Assembly: GCA_040954595.2 (NCBI GenBank)
Contig: CM082593.2
Location: forward strand, 8,875,200-8,939,199
Origin: Balanoglossus misakiensis
Lineage: Eukaryota; Animalia; Hemichordata
DNA length: 64,000 bases
Direction: 5' to 3'
A program made the translations under genes and the position numbers. This document shows positions 37,551-52,048 of this stretch, one piece after another (positions within the stretch are counted from its first letter, which is position 1; each line of letters starts with the position of its first letter). The notes below the pieces were generated by a model that was not told the origin of the DNA, ran no database searches, and saw nothing but the letters and a program-made list of their open reading frames with translations.

Positions 37551-39922
37551 TAACATGATGTTATTTTTTCCTCCAGAGACCTACCTTCTCCTCTTGGTAC
37601 CAGTAAAAACTCCATACTATTGTTTATTAAGTACGCTTATGATAGGGCATGTCTAAAAATGTTCTCATGTAAGGATTAGGAACAGTTCAATATTTTTGTC
37701 TACACAATTGGAACACTTACCCATCTATACAGCCACTAATGCAAATGCCATAGGGTTTCAACTTATCATATCTGCAAGTCAAGAAGAAGAATGAGTTTTA
37801 AAAAAATAGTTGATGTCGAAGCTTTTCAGATTGTCTTCCTTGTAACATAGACAAAGACAGAAAAAGATGCACACTTTCTGTTCTATACCATCAACTAATT
37901 CCATTGATTCGCCAAGTGAGCCCCTCAGCTCAGCTCGGTCTGAGCAAGCAAGCCAACATATTCCAGAAATGGTCTTGCATCTGCAACCAATTACCCTCAC
38001 TTACCATTTATAACCTCTAAATAAGAAGACTGTTCATGTGATAAATATATTCTCATGATATTTTTGTTTAACGTCATCATATATGCTAATACCTGTGGTT
38101 TTCGCGAAGGTGTACAACTAGTCGACTTGCATGGCTCCCCGAAAACCACATGACGTCAAACAAATGGGATTATACGAAATGATTTTAGCTTTATATTATG
38201 TATCAGTTATGTACGGTTGCATGTTTACATTTTCAGAAGAACATACTCATATAACATCTTCAAGTACAAATGTCTACCTATAAAAAGAAGTTAACATACC
38301 CGTCCAGGTGCCACACTTCATTAGGCCCCTTTAAAGAGAATATGTTTCAAGTTTTATAATACGTACATGTTACAGTTTCATAGCAGTAAAAATGTTTACA
38401 ATCAACTATCTGTTATATCTAGAGTTACTTTTGTTCCTTGTATCCACTGCAGTCAATTTTTGAAAAAGTTCAAATAAAAATCATACTTTGTCTGATGTAA
38501 GGAGAAAAATAGAAAAGAAACTTACAATGCTCCTGTAAAGACCACGCTTGAAACGTTTTTTTCTCCTTTCTTGAACACCATCTGGGTCAAATCTCCTTAG
38601 TCTTGCAGCCACAGTATCCCTAAAAGATTTCATTATAAAGGAGAAAATATTCACATGCTATCATAAAACAATTTTTTTTAGCTTTAACCATAAACATACA
38701 CAATTGCACACATTTTATCAATATCAAAGTACAAGCTTGAACATGCTCATAAATATGATTATGAAAAAAATTCCCCTTTGTTTGTATGCAACCACAAAAA
38801 AGGATAGGTATGAAGTTAAGTACTGAGTATATCAAGAACATAAACATAATTTTTCAATTGAAACTTGCCTGGAAACATTTAACTTGTATATCTTCTTAAG
38901 ACGATGCCACATTGCTCTGTAGCCGAGCTTTGATCCAGAACCATTAAGTTCATGCTGAAGATATGAAAAGAAACTTTCAATTGTCAGTTACTACATTTTA
39001 AAAGTTAAGCACTATACAAATAAGTCTTTGCATTGTTAATTTAGACATTACTTAAAAAGAACATGAACATGCGCCTCATAGCATAAATAGTGAAAAATAT
39101 CGTCAAGGACACTTGTGTGAAGCAGATGATGAGCAGCATGTTTGGAGAACAGTGGTTTGGTATATGGGTGAAAGGAACAAGTTGCAAACACCAAGGTGAA
39201 ATGCTTAACTGTTTTGCTCATGTAATATTGAATGAAGCTTGCTTGATAAGGTGGGTGCTTGGCAGGGGGAAAAATCACTTGTCAAGGGCTCTAATAACAG
39301 TTTTAAATTTAGTCTTAAAAATGGCCCGCACACACAAATGGCCTCACACAAATATATTGTCATTTCCCTCTCACCATGCCACAATCGATGACGAAACACA
39401 TTTATCACGCACAAACACAAAGCGAGTACCCGGTAATACTAGAACATCAGCTGGGTACTCCAAACTCGGATACTTTGAATAAAACTGGCTAATTTCTGTG
39501 ACTGTTCTTTCTCAACACCTCAAAACTCAAAGCTACACACCCCCACCAGGAAATGGTATGTATTCTTGACAAGTTGACAGACGGAAGTTGATTCCCAATT
39601 GAACACTCACCAATATAGCACTGTTAAAGCTGCACAGTTGATGGCAAATACCATTTTGGGTATATTTGTATTTTGTGAAATAAACATCGATATACAAACC
39701 TTTAACATGAAAATAATTGCCCTACCCATGGACTCGGGTCAAATTTACACATATAACGATATAAGCTTCATAGAAAAAGTCCGATGGTAAACAACATGTT
39801 TACATGAACCGCCGATACTACACGGAAACTGTGACGTCACAATCACGAGACCAGACGCGATCTAGCGTGAATTGGAGACGTGAGGACGTGGCTTCATTCA
39901 CGCGCATGTGCATGCTGTCAAC

Positions 39923-42032
39923 ATGGAGGTGAGTGTTCATGAATAAACATGAAAAAGTTTTATACTATACGTATCTTTTGTTTACTCTTAGGATATCTAG
40001 TTTCAGTGTGATCTCTCTTTTTTTCGTTTTATAAGACTGGTTGTCGTAAGCATCGGCATATTTTGGTGATTTGAAGAACAACTTGACGATAAAAATCGTT
40101 GATACACGTGTACGTTATTAGCTAGATGCATGTCTGCGGATTTCTAACACTGGGAACTGTAATCGTTTGGTCTGTATTCGTAATAGAAAAGTGTTCTTTT
40201 TTAGCTTTCGGATGGTTTACGAACAAGTCCGCTTTGCATTTGTTCATGAAAATATCAACAACGGTATCGTGTTGACAAAAGAGCCGAATACCATGGGAAA
40301 ATCACGACGGGCCGGGAGGGATTGTATATATTACCGTGAATTACATGCATGTCAAAACATATATACAAATTGCACCTCTACCGACATGATGTAGTACTGG
40401 TATAAGGATATTTGTGCCATGAAAGTTACGAAACCAAGACATAAATTATATTTTTGGCGAATTTCGACGCCCTAGTAACAAAAATATATACCTAAGGAAT
40501 AATATGTTTTCAGGACATGTTTTATGTATCTCAAAACAAAAGCTTATGTACTAATGCTAATGCAGGGCCTGAGTGTAGGGTTTGGTTTTATTTTCAAAAT
40601 AACAGGAAATTAGTAATTATATGTGTACAATATGCTTGTTTTTCAGACAAGTTCTGACTATAGTCCAACTCAGGAAAGGTCCTGCACTCAAAAGGGAAAG
40701 GGTAAAAAAAAAGGTCGTGGACGAGGACGAGGAAGAGGTAGAGGAAGTCAGACTCAGAGAGGACCAGAATTTGGAGAAATTGTGCCAGAAGAAAGAAATA
40801 TAAGACTGAGAGTGAGTATTAGAATGAGAGAGAAGCAATAATAAAATGTTGTGTTTTGAACAATGCAATACAATTATACAATGTACTTGTAATTCAGTGT
40901 TTTTCTTTTGAGATTCATACCAAATCATCTAAGGAAATTGTATAAGTAATAACAAAGAATAGTAATTGATGAGAGTTTATTCCATATTTGACTGTTGAAA
41001 GTTGGTATTTTTTCTCTGTGGTGCAATCAGCACTAGTAATCCCCTTTTCATGAGAACAAAAATAGTGTAAACATTGTTTTGGCAATCATTATTTGACAAT
41101 TGGAAATAGTATGACATGATTCTGAGCATCAATAAATAGTTTGATATTGTTTTGTTTTTTGTTTAAATTTCACAGACACAGATATCACAAATGACTAGAG
41201 AGGAGTTGCAGGACTTTGCCCTCCAGGTGTTGGATCACCAACCAGGGTTGTTGTTTAACTTGTTGCAGCCAGCTGCAACCAACCCTGGTGGTTATCATCC
41301 ACCACCAGGCGGCCAAAATCCTGCATGGTGTATCTGCACCTATTGCAGAGAAATGCCAAGCCAACCGGAGCGAGTGTGCTGCATGAAGCAGCCCGGAGAC
41401 TGCGTTTCTCACCTAGATGTAAGAATACTAACTTTTGTCACTACTATATAATTTACATTGCCAGTGTCTCATGTTCAACCCTCCCAAAATAATCGTCAAG
41501 TCCTTGATTTGTGATTGCATTACATAATTTTTTAAGCGTGATAAGTCATAACAAACAGAACTACCTACATCAGATGTCAGAAATAGTGGGGAAGCCAAGT
41601 TCACAAGCCCCTATTTCCTTTTTCAAGATACGAATCTTCCTAAGAAATCATTGAAGAACTTTGATCAGTGTTATGTGTAACACTCATTCATTGATCAAAG
41701 GTCCTTGCTGTTTTCTTTGGTAGATTGGAATGTTCTGTTGATTAATTTTCACTCTATTTATTTCAAAGGTCTTCCAAATATTGGTCCTGCATGCTGGTGT
41801 TTTACACATAGCAAGGGCACTGCGGAACGATGTTTTGGCAATGAATGATGAGGATGACCTCAACCTAGCGAACCGCCATGCTGCCTACAGGCAATTCATT
41901 CTGTGGCAGCATGGCAGACTTGGCCCTGGTAACAGGAAAGTTATTCCAAGCTGCTGTGTGTGGCGCATCAGAGACAGGTACCCTGATGCATTTGGGCAAT
42001 ACAGAGGTTTTGTTGCTGCCAGACTGGGCTAG
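39923..42032 (+). CDS. KolX-like accessory protein with P2X7 C-terminal 'ballast' Cys-rich domain (225 aa)
   Basis: Exons 39923-39928, 40647-40811, 41176-41418, 41769-42032 (all phase 0, 678 nt). RG repeats; [16 protein letters not shown]; [32 protein letters not shown]...GQYRGF. Confidence 0.88.
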
Positions 42033-43523
42033 AAATTTCTAAATAAATTTCATACACATGTATATTTTATATATATTCATTTTTTTTTTGTACTTTCATT
42101 GTTATTTTGACTCTTTACAGTCCTCACTGTTCCTAAGTCCTATGATGGAAAGAAAAATTGTCAAAAAAGAGAAAATGAACCAATTTACACAGGTTTTACA
42201 CTTTAGTCATTTTCATTATCACTACGTTCATTTACATATCTTTTATTGGCAAGGCAAATACTTTTACAAAATGCCTGGAATACCTACAAGCAACTAGAAA
42301 TATATTTCCTTTTTATGTACAGTAAACAAATGTCCGTCCCTAGTGTGTTATTTACTCAAGTGCTGACATTGTTATTTGACTAGTTTACAGTCCTGAATAT
42401 CCTGATGTCCTAGGGTAGAAAAAGATATTGTAGTTATTTTTGTCTGATAGTTGCCACATGTAACTGGTAATAAAACATTTAGAGCACAAAAATAAAACTG
42501 TGTCAAATTCTTCCAAGTGGGGATCAAGTGCCAGATATTGCATATTATATTATATCATGCTACCGTCCGCAATTCTGATTGAACGAGAGCTCAATCCAGC
42601 GATGCTAAAATACTCAATAATGCACTGCTGGCAGTAGTAAAACAGGCCCCTGAACTAGCATACGGCAGCAAAAATGTGTGGTTAAACCACAGTCGCGCGT
42701 GTTTAAACCAAATAAATAAAACAAAAATATTGTTGAACTAACAGATGTTTTATTTTGGAACTGCTCTGTGGAAATATTTGTCACTTTGCCACGCGCGATA
42801 CCCGTTTTGTCACTTTTTGTCGTCTGCTTCATCCCGGCCGCTTACGGCTATTGCTATATGTCTCGAATTGTACCCAAATCTTGCGTATACCCGCCTGCGG
42901 CGGGGGTTATTGCTTAATTATTGTACACCTACTGCTGTAACATATTGAGTTCCGTAATATTACAATAATTCAGTTTGAGAATACAATAATTATTCAAATG
43001 AGGTCGCAGAGTCCCATAACACCAGGGTTATTGGACACATTTTGACTTTGACCTCACAGGTGTTCAATGTTAACACTGATGATATTACTCACTACTGTGA
43101 CAAAAATTGAAATAAAAAGTACAGTAATTATTAAACTAAATTATTGGTGAAGCAAGATGCGAAATAAGTCACAATCCTCAATAAAATTTCAGCCAAAGAA
43201 ATATGCGAGTGAACGAGCGAGCGCATTCATTTAAAGTTCCAGAACGAGCTCAGGGGCATAGAACATCGCACGCGAGACATCAGCAGGTCGACACTAGCAT
43301 CACCTGATGCGCAAGGTGTTCAATATGTGTTCAATATGCAAATTACTTCATGGCAGTGTCTGAAAACTGGAAAGTCCGATTTGGCCAATTTACCCTTTAT
43401 CGTTCATCAAGGATGCCTGGATGCCTGCACTGTACAATCCCGGTATTTATTAGCGCCTGAAAGGCCGGGTCGCCAACGCTGTTCTGCACTGTACAATCCC
43501 GGTATTTTGTAAATAACTTTACA

Positions 43524-46500
43524 CTATTTGGTGCGTGAAACTAGCTGCTCCACTAAGACTGATGTAGGAGGTGGCATTACTGGAGCAAGGTTAGCAGAGA
43601 TGTGCCGTGGATCATCTGCTTCAAGGACCATTCTCTTGTACATGCCCTGGCGGTCTGTCAGTCGCCTCTTGATAACTGCCATCTTCAGTGTTCTTATATG
43701 CGGATACGTCTTTGCTTCTTTTATAGGGGATACAGACCACCGCCCACTTTTTTTGTTGAATATTTTTTTCTGCCTAAAGTAGTAAAGAAAAAGACCTCCA
43801 GATGAAATAAATTTTTTAGCATTCATGTTAGTTTAGTGCAGTGTATAAAAGACTGAAACTGCATAACAAAGTAAGAGTTAGCTGTCATTGTCATTTTTGT
43901 ACTGAGAAGAATTTCCTATGTTTTTGCAATAGCAAACTTAACATCACAGTACTTTACATATTAAGTCTTATTATGTTTTCAACTTACAAAGTAAGACACT
44001 TGATGTAATATTTCTTATGAGAATTAACAAACAACCAACGGCAGTGTAGCTACCATTATTATTATTTGGTAAATTAGATTCACATCTGGAAAAGAATCAT
44101 GATTTTCAATATTCAAGTAAGGTTTGACATAACACAGGTAAACTTGAGATAGTTAACATAGTTGCTAAACTCTCTAACTAACCTGATTTCTCCATTTGGC
44201 TTCCTCTTGTATGGTCGATTATAGTGGATATTGTGATCTAAGGCTGCTAGACGGTTTCTAACCCTATATACAGGAGGGCTGTATGCAAACCTTTTACTTG
44301 CATATTGCAGGATCTTATTCTGGAATGTTTCCAGTTCACCAGTTAGTCTGATTGTACAGAAACAAATAAAGTTAACAAGTCATTGTAAATGACAGACCCC
44401 CGCCAAGAAATGTTTAGTGAATTTGTAGTCATTGTTCTTATGAACTCGCAGTCATTGCTTTGATCACAACGTTCCTGGGTTGGGACATGTACAAGTTGAT
44501 ATGTTAACTCTGAATGAGATCCGTTCACACATATCTGAGTTATGGCAAAACAAAATGGCCAACTGGTGGCCATATTGGAACAGATCAAGATGAAAATTGA
44601 CATGCACATGCATATATATGTCGTAGAACACTGTCCTAATGCCAACTTTGAATGAGATCAGTTCAAGTTTGATACATGTATGGGCAAAATGTATTTTCAA
44701 TTTACTGTATTTTTTGTCATGAATAAATTGATAACTAACCTTGCATTAAGATAGTAGGGAATCTTCTTCAGAAATCGGGTGTCAAAGATGATATTTCTGA
44801 GAACTTGGTGGGCCCTGCTTCCCTTTTTCAGCCACTCCCTTCCCCGGTCATCTTCTATATTCTCACTGAGCGGTCCGTGGTAGCAGTGATTTGATCCTTC
44901 CACTCCCACACCCAAAATCCAGTCATGCTCATCAACTACATGGTGAATGAGACCACCCCACATCCCCTGTAACAAAAGAACATGTATGGTGTTAATTATA
45001 AGTTTATGTATGGCGCTTACGGTATATGTAATTGTACATTTAAAGGTTTAGATATTATTCCTACAGTTACTGCCGAAATTTTCCTCCAAATATTTTTGGC
45101 CATATTTACAACTCGCATGTAAATGAAAATACAGACTAAATAGAACACTTACTCTAAACTCCACTTCACTAGATGCTGTGTTACAGCAATACCAAAAATG
45201 GTTGGTGATATGCTTCGTCCATTTGAGAAGTATCCGGCAGTCTCTTTGTTGGCCAGCCTACATTTAAGTAATTCAAAAAAAAGTTCACACTTTAAACTTG
45301 ATCACTGACTTGAAATAAAAAATCATCACACACACACACAGCCTGGTCACCATACCCAGTGTGTTTTAGATAGACTCACACACAAGGGTCTGGCCACAGA
45401 GTCAACTATCTTCCATTTTTAAGATCTGCATGTCAATAGAACTCAAAATGCGATGTCACAGCAATGAGGTCACCACATGGTTTTGACTCTGAAGTCTTTC
45501 AAGTCAATCACCGTACGCTAATTATTTTCCAACTATTAGCAACGCCCGGTCATTGCTCCGGCCAATCGGTAGTGTGTCGCGTAAGGTGATTGACTTGAAC
45601 GACGTCAGAGTCAAAACCACTAAAACAATTATAAACATTAGGGGAAAAATGAACCCGCCCTACCTACCCTATTTTGAAATTGCCCATCATCAGAACTACA
45701 GTTATTTTTCTTATGCCCTATACATAATATATACATACCTTTATAATTTTCTTTGCCAAATTCTTCGAACAATGCCAGATATCATAGGAATGTTTAATAT
45801 TTGGGTGTACAGTCTCTGTGTTGGGTAAAAAGAGAAACAATTTACACTTTGTTGTCTTAATCTATTACATATCATTCTAAACAATTTAAAGTACACTGTA
45901 AGGAAAGCATTGTTTGGGAGTACTACTCTCATAAATTTTACACCAGGAAACTGCCTGGGGCAAGTAATGTACATTTGTCATCAAGTTGATCTGAAACCAT
46001 TACTGTATATTGTTTACAATCATTGGGTGGTGGTGGTTGTGGACGTGGGGTCAGTCTATGTATCTACTATGACATACATTATGATAGAGTTGTTTGCACT
46101 GGTGAGAAATGAATTGCAATTATACATTTTGGTTCAAGGCTATAACTTCTGTTTTTATAATGAATATAAATGTAAACTTACTCATTTCAGCAGTTATTTG
46201 TGGATGGGCATCTGTCACGATTTCTGATATCTGCAGACCAGTTATCTCCCCCAAGCCTCTTTGGAAGCCCTTCTTTTCCATGTTGCATGACTTTCTTTCA
46301 GTCTCTCTTTTATCAACAGTAGATAGTGACAGTATTTCTTTTGAATCGTTCTCCATTAAACTATAAGTACAATATTGGGCCGAATAACCAGGGGAGTCCA
46401 TCCTTCCATCTCCTAAAAATATCAAAATGAATATAATTTCTCAACTAAATTTCAATTCAGCGTAATTTGTCTTTCAATATGCTACATAAACAAAATTTCT

Positions 46501-49500
46501 AACAGGTGGCCTTCGACTCATGTCACGTTCATTGGTGTGCATATGTATACCACTGTGGTTCATATTTGTTTGACATTATTGCACTGAAGTCTTTTTGGGG
46601 GGATATACATAAAATTTAGATCTATGATATCCATAATGTATGAAACAATAGTGACATACCAAGTAAAACAACATCCATATCCATGTGTTTCTCTAACAGT
46701 TCCCGCTGATGGTCGAGCCAAAACTCGTCGATTGATGGTACTAGATATGTCCTCTGCATTCGACTGAACACAGGTTGAGACAGGATTCTGAGATTTAGCA
46801 TCTTTGCAAACATGGCGATTTTGTCATAATTGTTCCCTGACATTAGGATTGCAGCAGCTCCAAGAAGATCTCCACTGCTGACCCCTCTGTTCAACAAAGG
46901 TTGGGAACACCATTTATATGATGTATGGCCTCTAGAGCAAACCTATAAGAGAGGACAGGGTTTTACAAAATACTTGAAGTCACAGTGCTTAAAATAGCCA
47001 AGTAAAAACAAGTTTTGCTTCAAAAATTACCAAACAGAACTACAGGCAGTATGAACATTATTAAGCATGTTCAGTTGTGAAAAAAAATTACAGATTGAAA
47101 TAACCAGACATCAAAAGTGAGAAAAGGCTCAAATTGTATCATGGAAAAATATGAAATTTCCCTTTAATGATGAGAAAGAATCACAAATAAAACCAACTGA
47201 CACACTGGTATGTTCTGGTTCATTTTTCTTTTTTCATATAAATATTCTAAGAATGATGCGTTTTTCTTCATTACACAGTGGCATTGCAATATACATGTAA
47301 AGCGTACTTACCCATTCCAGGTATAGTGCTGATCCACGGAATTTGTGGTGAACTTCAACAAGTTGCTTGCAGCCTTCTAAACTGCATACTGGACTTATAT
47401 TTCTTTTTGCTAAGACTAACAGCTGGTTCAAGTATGTCAGACAAAATTGTCCATCTACTAGGTCAGGAATTTCCCCTGCTGATTTAACATGTTGCACTCC
47501 ATCCTCTGACTGAAAAGCTGTACAGTCATCTTCTGTCCCAGATGATTCATCGGTGTCAGTATCACCCCCTGCGTCTCCTTCACTGCCATAACAGACCTCA
47601 ACACCATCAGCGCCTTCACTACAAATAGGGAAGGAAGTAACCACATTACTCATGCATTAAAGGTATCATCAAGAACACCTCAAAAATAAAGTGCATGCAT
47701 GAGTGAGGCTTGGCGTAGTTTTAAAAACAAAGCGGACAAAATACGGCTAGGACTAGGCTATGCTTCTTCAGACAACCAATGAACATTTTGGGGCACCAAA
47801 TGTAAGTGGTAGTCTAATAGTTGTTGCATTGGGACTACCAAAATAGTTTAGCCCCCTTCAGTTACCAGGAAGAAATGAATTGCAAGCCCTGGTATAGTCT
47901 TTTTTCTATTGTATACTAGTGGTATGCATGACTACAACAAAAAGCAAAAATACAACACAGTAACTCACCAAAGTGTTATGTTAAAACTGGGTTCATAGTC
48001 AGGGTCTTTCAGCGTGTCATCATCATACAGATCAGTGCTGCTCTGATCACCAGAAAAACTAACATCAATAGTTAATCTGTAAACAAGAAAATGTCTCATG
48101 ATAGGTAACAACGATATACTTAACCAGCCAAATATAAGAGAAAGACTCAAAGTAGCGATACAATGACTGTGACTATGTGTTAACTTCAAATATGGTTTAT
48201 ATTTACTACATCATTGATAGTGTCAGAGAAAAATGAATTATTATCTGTCCATTACTTACTGTTTTGGGTCTATAAAGGATTCTGTTTGTTTGCTTGAACT
48301 GCATTCCCTCTTTTCTCTAAAAGATTCTTTTTTGGGGGTTGAACTACAGTCCTTCTCGTTCTCCCTGTTCCAAAACAAATGAACAAGAGACAACAGCTAG
48401 TGAATATTATGGACTATTGTACCCTTGAGAATAGAGATATCTTGAACATTATATTTGGAATATAGATCAAGGATAGGAAGAGTGATTGCATAACCAGTGG
48501 CTGTACTCTACTGTATAAATATACATGTATGCAACACAATTTCACAAACAAAGACATGCATGGATTACTCAGGACAGTCACAACCAGTTCCATTTGGGTT
48601 ACATTCCCATACTAAAAACAATATAAATTAAGGATAACCAGTGAACATATTCATGTTGAAAATGTTTATGGTCATCAGTAGTAAATCAACAATAAATACT
48701 TGCCTTGCCATTACACACTCTGTCTCAGAAGCTGACATGGTGTCACTGCCAATAGTGTCAATGCCAGACAAAACAGAATTGGTAGTACTACTGCCACTAA
48801 AAAAACAAGAAGGAAGGTATAATCACATGGACCACTTCGCAGATAGAATACACAGGGGTTTGTGGGACAGTTTGCGTTCTGAGCTTGTGCGTTAGCCATG
48901 TACTATACGCTATTTTGAACGCAAATTAACCTTCATGCATTGCAAATACCCTACACAATTTTTTAACCGATCATCACAAATGAGTCACTATGATATGGTA
49001 GTTTTAAACTCAATGTTCTCACTTGTCCATTTTTAATGTAACAATAAGAAATGTGCACATACCATTCAATATCAGACAGCTCAGGTCTACTAGCACTATA
49101 CATTATAGAGCTCACACCACCACAGATCGGTGTTGATGCCACTGGTAACCTTTCAAGTCTCTTTGATGTCTTCTTTTTAGTTTCATAATAACTGTTGAAA
49201 AGTTGAAATAATAATATTGAATTTGAAATCTGCAGTGCATTTTGTTGATAATAAAATAGCTCACAAATCACACAAAAGCGACAATTTTGAATACCCCCTC
49301 TCACCTCCCCCAGATGTCCTTCATTTGTATTTTCTAATAATATTTCTTTTTGGGTCATTATTTTCAATGTCAAGAAATTCTTTATTACACAAAATAACAC
49401 ATTTTCCCATGACAAATACTATTTGAGTGAAATCTACAGTGAATTGACAACAACAAAAAGAATAGCAATGATATCAAAAACAATTTCAAAAACGAAAATA

Positions 49501-50420
49501 TTCAACCTTGTAGACTCTTGAGGAGGGTAGAGGCCAGCCCCCAGCATGCCCCCCCCCCCCCAAGCAGGCCATTACTCTGTTGGCTCCCATGGCCAACATA
49601 TAAATGTAGTTCGGAACTACCTCAGTCTCTACTTACGCTGAAATGTGAATTACTCACTGAGAAGCTAAGCCAATGTCACGGATTTTAGCACACAGCATCA
49701 ACTGCAACCCGATTTTGTCGGTTTACACGAACCAGGGACTTGCACGAAAATAAATTTGGTCTGAATGCGTGGGTTGTAGAGTACGGGACCATGCATGCAT
49801 AATATTACGTGACTGTGCATATCTCGTTTCACTTCGATGTTGCGTATTCGCGATTTACTATACTTGTTACACATGTATATCAATCGATTTCGAACTATAA
49901 CAAACTAATCAGTAATTCCATAGCCTATAAAATGAAGATCATCACATGAAGTTGGCGATCACGGCCGGAGCTTCAGTCACGTAGATCTAACAGACGATGG
50001 GGCCTCGAAATAGGCGACACAATAGGCTGCGAGTAGAAACTGTAACTGCAGTAACCTAAGCGATTCTAGTGAAAACCCCGATAGAAACTGTAACTGCAGT
50101 AACCTAACCGATTCTAGTGAAAACCCCGATTAAATAATATATACAAAACTTATACAGAGCAAGCATACACTAACTCAAAAAAAAGTCAGCGCAACTATTA
50201 CAGGTAGGCGGTATCAGCACGGGCGTATTAGAAACATTCAACACATGACATGCACAATTTGGATAACTTACCTATCTAGGAGAAATCTGGCAACATCAAC
50301 GTGTTTCGTCAAACCAGTTTCTTCCTTGACAGCTTTCCACCGATGGATCTGACCGAATATGTTGATTTTTCCCTCATTTTTTTTCTTCCATCTTTGCTGA
50401 TGGTCATCTTGGGACGCCAT
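43524..50420 (-). CDS. Kolobok DDE transposase, ~13 exons
   Basis: First exon 50272-50420 (RWKAVKEETGLTKHVDVARFLLD). Motifs GDGRMDSPGYSAQYCTYS, VTDAHPQI, KHSYDIWH (exon ~45739-45815), NHFWYCC, HHVVDEHDW..CYHGPL, TGELETFQN..YASKR, LAALDHN, KKSGRWSV; stop at 43524. Confidence 0.85.
45478..45620. mobile_element. Small hairpin MITE in Kolobok intron
   Basis: TGGTTTTTGACTCTGAAGTCTTTCAAGTCAATCACC ... GGTGATTGACTTGAACGACGTCAGAGTCAAAACCA. Confidence 0.65.
50034..50130. repeat. ~48-bp tandem duplication
   Basis: TAGAAACTGTAACTGCAGTAACCTAA(G/C)CGATTCTAGTGAAAACCCCGA twice. Confidence 0.85.
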
Positions 50421-52048
50421 TTTATCATCTAAAAATTTACTGCGCAAGTGCACAAGTGACGTCACATTGTATGACGTAACGTTTACGTCGCAATATTTGT
50501 GTGTTTATAAAAATATATGGGTACGTACCCATAAAATTTATTTTTATTATTTTTTTACATTCTGAACCATGGCAACTGACCAAATCACTCGTGAGTTATT
50601 TTATTTCGGCAAGTAAAGTATTATACAAACAAAAGTTAAGAGATTTATGCTACCAAAGTAAATTGTCATTATCATCAACTGTGCAGCTTTAATATCTTCT
50701 TCACTGGACGGTGTTGTCTTTGCCAACTTTAGTTTTTTAAGACGGTAACTGAGTTGTCTGGGACTTGAAACAAAATGGTTTTGTAAGTGTGTGTTTTACT
50801 ATTATTCAAATCAAATGGTGGGCTGGTAAACATTGAAATCATGAGACAATAGAGTTTCCTTTAATCACATAAAAAATAAATTCTAACCTGATAGTAATAC
50901 CCTGGTACATTTCAAGGAGGCTCCTTATACAGGAGGATGAATACCCAGCCTGCCAATAAGCTTCGATTGCATTATTTTCTGTAAAAGATGTACTTAAAAA
51001 TGAAAACTTGCATTTAAAGCGAGTAGCTCGTCTCACGCGCATGCATGTAACTTCCCAGCAAATTTTCTGTTTGATGCATTCAAATAGTGGACTGCCTTCA
51101 CTTCCTTCCATATTTCATGCGCACAGTATAAGTAGATTCTGGTTTTGTCCTCCTTTTCACCCAAGCAAGTGTCTCTTCCCGATCTCAGACACAGATTATG
51201 GTCGCCGCCATCTTGTGTGAGCACTGCCTTATGGGATTGACTGTTCACTAAATGTCTGTAACCAACAGCTACAGTTGGAACATGCGTGTGAGACAAGTTA
51301 CGCGCGCTTTAACTCTGCATCAAGATGTGTTATGTTTTCGAATGATTACAATCATATTTCTGTGTGCTAGAGCACAGAGGCCTGAATATGGAATATTTAA
51401 GAAATGAACAGAATGACTCTCGACTGGGCAGCTTGAAAAAACTGTCATGACATACATGTAGTATCCATACACATTGGCTTAATTGTTAACAAGTAACCAA
51501 TATAAAATCGATATTTATTAATTCCCACGAGCCACAGCATGATTTCTGATCCACGAATCAACACAGAAATATGGAACGCAATAGCAGTTGTCCTATCTAG
51601 GAGAATGTGGTGTAGGACGATGCTCTAATTATGTACATATATACACAGATTTAATACGGCTAAACACAAGACTCGGGTATAAGACTATCTGAAAAACTAA
51701 TGAACACTTGGCAAGATACCTTTTACAATTTTTATCGCTATCTAACAATTATAACATGTAAGACATGACTACTGTAAACAAACACTCATTATACATTGAT
51801 ACTAACCATTAAGAAAGTTTTGGTGGAACACTGGTGCACTCATGGTATATCTGTAATAAATAAACAAAAATACATTACTACATGTACGTGAATGGTGCCC
51901 TATTTCAAGGCACGGGTGATCATGTGTTAAAAGCGAGACTCTTAAAATGCCGATACAAGTTATTTTTGCTGGAAAGAAACAAAAGTCTGCTTTCCCAATT
52001 GAATGGATATAAATAACACATTATTTATTCGCAACCAAACAAGCAAAA

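Larger units (their letters stand above)
39628..50688. mobile_element. Kolobok DNA transposon (11,061 bp), apparently autonomous
   Basis: TTAA|AGCTGCACAGTTGATG ... CATCAACTGTGCAGCT|TTAA (16-bp perfect TIR). Two convergent genes. The empty site restores the host exon ...SSEEDINSAIL|gtgagt. Confidence 0.93.
34476..50978 (-). pseudogene. IS3EU DDE transposase, >=12 exons, interrupted in an exon by the Kolobok element
   Basis: Exons ~50888-50978, 50693-50763+39611-39627, 38869-38954, 38526-38619, 38300-38328, 37721-37771, 37108-37205, 36149-36288, 35329-35443, 34927-35078, 34476-34676, plus an unresolved first exon. Spliced: LGYRAMWHRL...RFKRGLYRSIGPNEVWHLDGYDKLKPYGICISGCIDGYSRK...PLRMRADPGTEN...GKSTANQRIEAFWSHL...EWNDHCIR. 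Confidence 0.88.

Noticed and set aside
41176-42032. Host P2X7 receptor gene
   Set aside because: No transmembrane or ATP-binding ectodomain exons; lies between Kolobok TIRs.
42545-43510. Possible further insertions between the two Kolobok genes, including a 24-bp direct repeat CTGCACTGTACAATCCCGGTATTT
   Set aside because: Looks repeat-derived, but no matched ends or TSD could be defined.
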